This document shows, piece after piece, positions 31,326 through 36,778 of a stretch of 64,000 nt of DNA; the stretch's first letter is position 1, and each line of letters begins with the position of its first letter. The position numbers and the translations under genes were made by a program. The DNA comes from a virus (Duplodnaviria; Caudoviricetes). Where the stretch lies: positions 1 to 64,000 of IMG/VR virus record IMGVR_UViG_3300031994_000035; one strand, 5' to 3'. The notes under the pieces were generated by a model. That model worked only from the letters and a program-made list of their open reading frames with translations. It did no database searches and had not been told where the DNA came from.

Positions 31326-31646
31326 ATGAAAAATATCATTTTATCTGACATATCTGAATTGATAAAAATTGCAAAAGAAGCATTTGAAGAATTGCAAGTT
31401 CGTGATTTCAACGGCAATATTACTGTTGAATATCTTGAAAAGATGTTTACAGACATAAGAAATAAAGAACTTACAGGCGAAAAAATGCAGGCTTCTGGAT
31501 ATAATGATATTATTGTAATGCATTATATGTTAAGAGCAAAAGGTGTCAATTTCTATTTTCAACGTCATGAACTTCAAGTAGATAACATGGATGATTGGAA
31601 AGAGTTTGTAAAAACTTACATAAGGCACTATACAAGACTTTTGTAA
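31326..31646 (+). CDS. hypothetical protein
   Basis: 106-aa ORF. Confidence 0.6.
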   Translation: MKNIILSDISELIKIAKEAFEELQVRDFNGNITVEYLEKMFTDIRNKELTGEKMQASGYNDIIVMHYMLRAKGVNFYFQRHELQVDNMDDWKEFVKTYIRHYTRLL

Positions 31647-31651
31647 AATTT

Positions 31652-31685
31652 TTGATCCAACTTTAAAATTTTTACATTATTTTTA
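31652..31685 (+). promoter_or_regulatory. early-type promoter copy upstream of the RNA island
   Basis: TTGATC-N17-CATTAT. Confidence 0.65.
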
Positions 31686-31851
31686 CGTCATCAAACAATT
31701 TTTATAAATTCTGTTGTTTATTATATACAAACAAGCTTATAAAGTACATTGAAATATTAAGGAACTACAAGTTAACATCATACCAAAGATGTTGAGTGGA
31801 ATCGGAAACAGGTGGTGCTGTCGGTAACAGAAAAAGTAATTCCTTTTTAAA

Positions 31852-31965
31852 ATTGCGTTATGTAGGAATGGCTGACCAACATTCCACAAATTGCTGGGCG
31901 TGGAAGTGTGTGAATAATCCAGAAGAACAACACACAATGATTGGTACGAATTCCTCTGACGCAAT
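31852..31965 (+). ncRNA. unidentified structured RNA
   Basis: Closing stems ATTGCGTTA/TGACGCAAT and AGGAAT/ATTCCT; GC above background. Confidence 0.5.
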
Positions 31966-31976
31966 AAATTTAATCT

Positions 31977-32050
31977 GGGCCGGGTAGTGTAATTGGCTAG
32001 CACGTCACATTTGCACTGTGACAGAGGGGTTCAAGTCCCACCTGTGTCCA
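31977..32050 (+). tRNA. tRNA-Ala(TGC)
   Basis: Anticodon arm TCACA-TT TGC AC-TGTGA; G3:U70; imperfect acceptor stem. Confidence 0.75.
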
Positions 32051-32081
32051 CTAAAAAAGAGTACATTGAAATAGTTATAAT

Positions 32082-32262
32082 TTAAAGATTCTGAGGTGGA
32101 GCAGGTTTTTCCTCTAAAGCATTCGAGGATAGAGGGTTGGAAGTAATAACTGCGTGGACGTGTCCTTTACGCTCGACTTACTCGCGTGAAACTAAGAGTA
32201 TGGGGACCAAAGGTCGGCTACAACAGGGCGAATACTGTCGAGGGCTGTATAGGAATCTTTAA
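32082..32262 (+). ncRNA. unidentified structured RNA (~180 nt)
   Basis: 10-bp closing stem TTAAAGATTC/GAATCTTTAA plus internal hairpins. Confidence 0.55.
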
Positions 32263-32268
32263 TTTTTG

Positions 32269-32612
32269 GGGGGTGTATGGTTTTGACTGCAGATTAGTGG
32301 TATGAGATACATGTGGTGATTGAACGGCTCACCTAAAACAACGGTCGAAAAATAAAGGTAAAAAACACTTTCAGCAAAGTAAGCAACAAGGTTGTAGACT
32401 TCGCAAACAGAGTAGTAGACATCAGAATTGCTCCAGTAGTAATGAGAATGGCTGCTTAATAGCCTTTAAGATTTCCGTGTTAGATTAAATACGGTGGTGG
32501 AGCTGCGAGAGCAGAGGTTTTGGAACAGAACCTTAATCTGTTATCCTAAACATGTAAATAATATCTTGTATTGACGGTTTGTAGGACCGGAGTTCGAATC
32601 TCCGCACCTCCA
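32269..32612 (+). ncRNA. ssrA: tmRNA
   Basis: 5' GGGGGTG-TATGGTTTTGAC; 3' T-arm CGGAG-TTCGAAT-CTCCG and CACCTCC-A with G3:U70; tag ORF ends ...MRMAA-TAA-TAG. Confidence 0.93.
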
Positions 32613-32618
32613 CGATTA

Positions 32619-32694
32619 ACGCTTGTCGTCTAATGGTTAAGACATAGGGTCTAAAATAAAACCTTAGATTCGGGTTCGAGTCCCGACTTGACAT
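32619..32694 (+). pseudogene. tRNA-like element with 12-nt anticodon loop and unpaired acceptor stem
   Basis: D arm GTCTAATGGTTAAGAC and T arm TCGGG-TTCGAGT-CCCGA are intact. Confidence 0.65.
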
Positions 32695-32778
32695 CATTGC
32701 ACCTAACATATATGTCAAAGCGTTGTCATCATACTTATCACTTGCGGCATGCGTGAGGATTCCGTGTGCCGCCCTCCT

Positions 32779-32847
32779 GCCACGGTCGTCTAATGGTTAG
32801 GATCTGAATGCGCAATCAAGAACCAGGTTCGATTCCTGGCTGTAGTA
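32779..32847 (+). pseudogene. tRNA-Glu-like element with shortened anticodon arm
   Basis: D and T arms intact; 14-nt anticodon arm. Confidence 0.6.
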
Positions 32848-32852
32848 CTAAT

Positions 32853-32986
32853 GTCCATGTTGATGGACTTTCTATTGCATAAGTGTACATAGTTCAATAG
32901 AAAGGTGCTGGTAAGCTTTATCATCTGTTTTTGTCAATATTCATGATACATTGACAAATAATGAGGTTCGATTCCTTACGTGGACT
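32853..32986 (+). ncRNA. expanded tRNA-like RNA (134 nt)
   Basis: Acceptor GTCCATG/CGTGGAC, T arm TGAGG-TTCGATT-CCTTA, two long internal hairpins. Confidence 0.65.
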
Positions 32987-32990
32987 CAAA

Positions 32991-33066
32991 GACTTATATA
33001 GGCAAATAGGCGAAGTCGTCAGGAAGAAATTCCTGAAGGTACTGGTTCGAAACCGGTTATAAGTCC
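32991..33066 (+). ncRNA. tRNA-like RNA with a GAAA tetraloop in place of the anticodon loop
   Basis: Acceptor GACTTAT/ATAAGTC; TCAGGAA-GAAA-TTCCTGA; T arm intact. Confidence 0.7.
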
Positions 33067-33072
33067 AATAGT

Positions 33073-33185
33073 AATGAACTGAGTCAGAAAAGTAAAGCGC
33101 TTAATATGTCGACTAAAAGCGTGAGTAACGAAGTAGGACCAAGGACGTGAGTAGCTACGCAGGTAAGCATCTTCAGGCGTCCATT
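33073..33185 (+). ncRNA. unidentified structured RNA
   Basis: Closing stems AATGAAC/GTCCATT and CTGAG/TTCAG; two CGTGAGTA hairpins. Confidence 0.4.
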
Positions 33186-33187
33186 CT

Positions 33188-33259
33188 GCCCCGGTCGTCT
33201 AATGGTTAGGACGTGAGGTTTTCATCCTCAAAATTCGGGTTCGATTCCCGGCTGGGGTA
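33188..33259 (+). tRNA. tRNA-Glu(TTC)
   Basis: TGAGG-TT TTC AT-CCTCA; full cloverleaf. Confidence 0.92.
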
Positions 33260-33276
33260 CAAAATGATTTATTTTA

Positions 33277-33288
33277 GTTCTTTGACAT
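33277..33288 (+). promoter_or_regulatory. boxA-like antitermination site
   Basis: GTTCTTTGACAT; variants GTACATTGAAAT at 31744 and 32061. Confidence 0.5.
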
Positions 33289-33302
33289 ATTGGAAATATT
33301 TT

Positions 33303-33384
33303 GGACCTGTGGTGGAATTGGTAGGCACGCCAGACTTAGGATCTGGTGCAGAAATGCGTGAGAGTTCAAGTCTCTCCTGGTCCA
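33303..33384 (+). tRNA. tRNA-Leu(TAG)
   Basis: CCAGA-CT TAG GA-TCTGG; long variable arm. Confidence 0.9.
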
Positions 33385-33394
33385 CAAAGAAAAA

Positions 33395-33510
33395 TCGCAG
33401 GTGCAGTTCGAGTCTGCATGGTTGTGAAACGGTGCACCATATCACATATTCAGGTGTACAACTAATATGTGTATGAAGTAGCAACCATAGGTGTATGGGT
33501 AGCATGGCGA
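33395..33510 (+). ncRNA. circularly permuted tRNA-like RNA (YrlA-like topology)
   Basis: Order is T arm, 3' acceptor strand, insert, 5' acceptor strand, D arm; ends pair TCGC/GCGA. Confidence 0.6.
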
Positions 33511-33516
33511 AAATTT

Positions 33517-33634
33517 AAGTGGTGATAGACGATCAATAAGATGACATGAGAACGGTTGATGCGGTTAGGCTACAAATTACCGGTAGTATCTGGTCTCATT
33601 GGAAGGTGACGAATCGGTATTCCTTCTGCCACTT
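33517..33634 (+). ncRNA. unidentified structured RNA
   Basis: Closing stem AAGTGGT/GCCACTT; inner stems ATGAGA/TCTCAT and GGAAGG/CCTTCT. Confidence 0.5.
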
Positions 33635-33636
33635 TT

Positions 33637-33711
33637 GGGCCTTTAGCTCAATTTGGTTAGAGCTTCCGTCTGATACGCGGAAGGTTCTTGGTTCAAGTCC
33701 AGGGAGGCCCA
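33637..33711 (+). tRNA. tRNA-Ile(GAT)
   Basis: TCCGT-CT GAT AC-GCGGA. Confidence 0.9.
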
Positions 33712-33818
33712 CAAATGATTTCCAAGTTAGATTAAACTTGGTGGTGCAGGAAGCATCAGCCAACACAGGTGATGTAAAAAAATATGTGGATGCGCCTACT
33801 GCTAAGTGAGGATTTTTA

Positions 33819-33894
33819 GGGCCTGTAGCTCAGTATAGGTTAGAGCAACTGACTCATAATCAGGAGGTCACTGGTTCAAGCCCAGTCTGGCCCA
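33819..33894 (+). tRNA. tRNA-CAT, probably Ile2 (lysidine type)
   Basis: CT CAT AA loop; GGGCCTG acceptor typical of Ile tRNAs. Confidence 0.85.
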
Positions 33895-34160
33895 CAATAC
33901 CAAATTGCGTTGTGGTTATAAACAAACGCTGGCATAGACGAAACTTGCCAATGTAACTATGTAGGTAGCTTCTGGAACGAGTGGTGATCGTAAACAGAGA
34001 CAAGTTCATCATAAACTCGTAGTGAATAGTACAAAAGTTAGACGTAGGTGCGGAACGATTCTTTTCAGAAAATGCTAAGATTGAAAGACTTACCAGGTCA
34101 GTTGTTCTCTTTTAACCGCCCAGAACAAATAAAATGAAGAACATACGATGTTAGCTTTAT

Positions 34161-34241
34161 AGCGGAGTGTCAGTAGATGGTAGCTGGAAAGTCTCATAAA
34201 CTTTTGCGAAAGCCTCGGAGGTTCGAGTCCTCCCTCCGCAA
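34161..34241 (+). tRNA. tRNA-Met(CAT), atypical
   Basis: AAAGT-CT CAT AA-ACTTT; A1xA72 mismatch; extra GC-GAAA-GC variable hairpin. Confidence 0.8.
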
Positions 34242-34353
34242 CTACGAAACACGCTTGGTACCCTGCGTCCGGGGCTGGACGAGCCAAGTAATGAACAGGT
34301 AAGTCTCCACCTGAAGTAATTAGTGAGGTGATAAATGAGTAAAGGGAGGCGAT

Positions 34354-34469
34354 GGACTTGTCGTCTAATGGATAAGACACGGGGAATAGTCAAGACACGT
34401 GGTCTAATAAAGACACGAGGTCTAGTCTAAACTATAACCTTGGATTCAGGTTCGAGTCCTGCAAGTCCA
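34354..34469 (+). pseudogene. tRNA-like element with internal duplications and expanded anticodon loop
   Basis: Acceptor GGACTTG/CAAGTCC; AAGACACG three times; paralog of the 32619 element. Confidence 0.65.
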
Positions 34470-34532
34470 CAAAAGTAATGGAGATCTTGAAGGATGGTAC
34501 TCCACGTTAAATACTAAAAGACCTCCTATCAA

Positions 34533-34617
34533 GGCCGAATGGTGGAATGGTAGACACGTGAGACTTAAAATCTCAGGAACAGAAATGTTCGTGCAAGTTC
34601 GATTCTTGTTTTGGCCA
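34533..34617 (+). tRNA. tRNA-Leu(TAA)
   Basis: TGAGA-CT TAA AA-TCTCA; long variable arm. Confidence 0.9.
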
Positions 34618-34742
34618 CGTGAAATGGTGTAGTGTATGCTTTCCACCATTGGTCCTACGGGCAGATGGCTGGGGGTTCCTCATTATGCACCAACCTTTGA
34701 AGAGGTACCACTTCTGAAAGGAGGACAAAAGGAACCAAATTT

Positions 34743-34829
34743 GGAGAAATAACCCTAACCTGGTAAGGGAACTGTTTGCTAAACAGTCAGTAGCCGAAAG
34801 GTGTGCAGGTTCAAATCCTGCTTTCTCCG
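34743..34829 (+). tRNA. tRNA-Ser(GCT)
   Basis: ACTGT-TT GCT AA-ACAGT; long variable arm; G73. Confidence 0.9.
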
Positions 34830-35054
34830 CAAATTACATCGTTGTAGTTTCTTCTACAACAGAGTACATTACTTATTAAGTCACAATATGTACATTCATC
34901 TTCAAAAATGTGCGAAGGTTTTGATTGTTCATCAATCTAAGTTGCTTCTACAATAGACTGTTAAGAAGATGTGTGAGGGATTCTACAAAAAATCCCCGTT
35001 AAGTTTGGACAGCAGCTGATCAGGTCCTGACAAAGTGAGGTCGAAAAACTTTCT

Positions 35055-35128
35055 GGTGGCATAGCTCAGTTGGATAGAGCAACAGCCTTCTAAGCTGTGG
35101 GTCGGGAGTTCGAACCTCTCTGTCATCA
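35055..35128 (+). tRNA. tRNA-Arg(TCT)
   Basis: ACAGC-CT TCT AA-GCTGT. Confidence 0.92.
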
Positions 35129-35173
35129 CAACATTTTGAAAAAATTTCAAAAAAATGAAAATTTTTTATAGAA

Positions 35174-35207
35174 TTTGATACAACTTTAAAATATTATACT
35201 ATATTTG
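35174..35207 (+). promoter_or_regulatory. promoter of the second tRNA operon
   Basis: TTTG...TATATTTG (Bacteroidota -33/-7 type); variant of the repeated promoter. Confidence 0.72.
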
Positions 35208-35217
35208 CTATACATAA

Positions 35218-35301
35218 ATGAACAAAACGATGTTAGTAGTTTTTACACATAAGACACAAAATAATTACCAACCCAAAGATTGGTCGGATATTTGTATCTA
35301 G
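35218..35301 (+). CDS. putative attenuator leader peptide MNKTMLVVFTHKTQNNYQPKDWSDICI
   Basis: 27-aa ORF between promoter and terminator; its codons match the downstream tRNA set. Confidence 0.75.
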   Translation: MNKTMLVVFTHKTQNNYQPKDWSDICI

Positions 35302-35330
35302 TGTCGGAGTGTATTAAAATATAAAAACCT

Positions 35331-35371
35331 AAAATCCCTCTCCGACAATCTTGGTGAGGGATTTTTATTTT
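35331..35371 (+). terminator. attenuator terminator
   Basis: AAAATCCCTC-T-CCGA[CAATC]TTGG-T-GAGGGATTTT followed by a T-rich tract, ending right before tRNA-Asn. Confidence 0.8.
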
Positions 35372-35445
35372 GGTGACATAGCTCAGTTGGTTAGAGCATC
35401 TGACTGTTAATCAGAGGGTCGAAGGTTCGAAGCCTTCTGTCACCG
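35372..35445 (+). tRNA. tRNA-Asn(GTT)
   Basis: TCTGA-CT GTT AA-TCAGA. Confidence 0.93.
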
Positions 35446-35450
35446 CAAAA

Positions 35451-35526
35451 CTAGGTATAGAGGAGCTAGGTTTATCTCGCCTGTCTTGGACTCAGGAGCA
35501 CGCTGGTTCGAATCCAGCTACCTAGA
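35451..35526 (+). tRNA. tRNA-Pro(TGG)
   Basis: CT TGG AC loop; acceptor CTAGGTA/TACCTAG-A. Confidence 0.85.
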
Positions 35527-35533
35527 CAAATTT

Positions 35534-35621
35534 GGAAGTGTGTTCGAATTGGTAAGGAATCAGTCTTGAAAACTGACGGGTACATAAAATGGCCTTGTGG
35601 GTTCGAGTCCCTCCACTTCCG
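35534..35621 (+). tRNA. tRNA-Ser(TGA)
   Basis: TCAGT-CT TGA AA-ACTGA; long variable arm. Confidence 0.9.
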
Positions 35622-35626
35622 CTGAT

Positions 35627-35699
35627 TGTCCTTTCATACAATGGTTTAGTATACCAGAATTTGGATCTGGTCATCTTGGTTCGAATCCAGGAAGGACAA
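35627..35699 (+). tRNA. tRNA-Gln(TTG)
   Basis: CCAGA-AT TTG GA-TCTGG; T1:A72. Confidence 0.88.
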
Positions 35700-35706
35700 C
35701 AAAATT

Positions 35707-35795
35707 GGGAGAGCGGTTACGATGGTGGAGTAACGCTGGACTGTAAATCCAGTACATTTAAAGAAACGTAGTAGGTTCGAATCCTACCTCTCCCA
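35707..35795 (+). tRNA. tRNA-Tyr(GTA)
   Basis: CTGGA-CT GTA AA-TCCAG; long variable region. Confidence 0.9.
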
Positions 35796-35800
35796 CACAT

Positions 35801-35874
35801 GGTGTTAGTAGTTCAGTTGGTAGAACGCTGGTTTGTGGAGCCAGTAGTCATTGGTTCGAATCCAATCTAACACA
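35801..35874 (+). tRNA. tRNA-His(GTG)
   Basis: CTGGT-TT GTG GA-GCCAG; G-1 present. Confidence 0.88.
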
Positions 35875-35883
35875 CAAAATAAA

Positions 35884-36001
35884 CTAGGTATAGAGAAATT
35901 GGTAAACTCACCCTGTATTGGAACAGGGAACACAAGGAATAGTTACTAGTGGAATACTTGTGGACAGTAATGTCTTGTTGGTTCGAGCCCAGCTACCTAG
36001 A
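35884..36001 (+). tRNA. tRNA-Pro(TGG)-like RNA with giant variable region
   Basis: Same acceptor as 35451; 6-nt ATTGGA loop; ~48-nt two-hairpin variable insert. Confidence 0.6.
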
Positions 36002-36006
36002 CTAAT

Positions 36007-36083
36007 GATTTCGTAGCTAAGTTGGTCTTTAGAGCATGACACTTTTAATGTCGGTGTCGAGAGTTCGAATCCAATCTGACACA
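36007..36083 (+). pseudogene. chimeric tRNA-Lys(TTT) with a His-type 3' end
   Basis: TGACA-CT TTT AA-TGTCG, but the 3' end copies tRNA-His so the T and acceptor stems do not pair. Confidence 0.7.
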
Positions 36084-36088
36084 CAAAT

Positions 36089-36162
36089 GCCTCTTTAGCT
36101 CAATTGGTGAGAGCAGCTGATTTGTAATCAGCAGGTTGTAGGTTCGAGTCCTACAAGAGGCT
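36089..36162 (+). tRNA. tRNA-Thr(TGT)
   Basis: GCTGA-TT TGT AA-TCAGC. Confidence 0.93.
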
Positions 36163-36167
36163 CATAT

Positions 36168-36241
36168 AGTGCTGTAGCTCAGTTGGTTAGAGTAATGGCC
36201 TGTCACGCCATGGGTCGCGGGTTCGAGTCCCGTCAGCACTG
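36168..36241 (+). tRNA. tRNA-Asp(GTC)
   Basis: ATGGC-CT GTC AC-GCCAT. Confidence 0.93.
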
Positions 36242-36297
36242 CACCTTTTATTATATCAGTCGAGAAATCGGCAAAAATCCAAAAATTTTTCAAAATT

Positions 36298-36331
36298 TTG
36301 ATCCAACTTATAAAAAGTTGTATTATATTTA
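36298..36331 (+). promoter_or_regulatory. early-type promoter copy
   Basis: TTGATC-N17-TATTAT-ATTTA. Confidence 0.75.
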
Positions 36332-36369
36332 CCTCAACAAATTATTATTAACATTTAAAATTAAATAAT

Positions 36370-36750
36370 ATGTATAAAGTTAATCCAATTGATTCTCAAA
36401 AAGGAGAATTCTACTATTGTTTCAAAATAACAGACAAAGTAGTGTTTCAAGTCAAAAATTACACAATAGGCAGTAACAAAGAAAATTATTTTGCTACTGA
36501 AGCCTGTTTATTTAATAATGATAAAACAGATTATAATGAATGTGGTCAATGTCAAGAAAGACTATTACCTAAAGATTCATTAGCTTATAAATTTTACAAG
36601 AAGTGGGATTATAAGCAGACATTGCATTTATCCGATACTGAATTACAAAATGTTAAAGAAGACGTTGAAAAATTGAAACAAGCGTATCCATATGTTGAAA
36701 GTATGACAACAGATTTATCTTTCGGAAAAGTAAAACAATTAGTTAAATAA
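36370..36750 (+). CDS. hypothetical phage protein
   Basis: 126-aa ORF after the promoter; CGQCQ motif. Confidence 0.68.
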   Translation: MYKVNPIDSQKGEFYYCFKITDKVVFQVKNYTIGSNKENYFATEACLFNNDKTDYNECGQCQERLLPKDSLAYKFYKKWDYKQTLHLSDTELQNVKEDVEKLKQAYPYVESMTTDLSFGKVKQLVK

Positions 36751-36778
36751 ATAAATTAGTAAAATTATTTTAAGTAAA

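Noticed and set aside
34840-34990. CRISPR mini-array (TTCTACAA three times)
   Set aside because: Only 8-9 nt are shared, spacing is irregular, and there is no full-length repeat.
34998-35052. Hammerhead ribozyme
   Set aside because: CTGATCA does not match the CTGANGA core and I could not form stem I.
31977-36241. Theta/HDV-like ribozymes at tRNA 3' ends, or RNase P RNA
   Set aside because: I found no nested double pseudoknot core or GAGGAAAGTCC signature by eye. A cmscan would be needed to exclude them fully.
31737-36368. Track ORFs within the RNA island (e.g. 33213, 33546, 34090, 35589)
   Set aside because: They overlap tRNA/tmRNA genes and are spurious.
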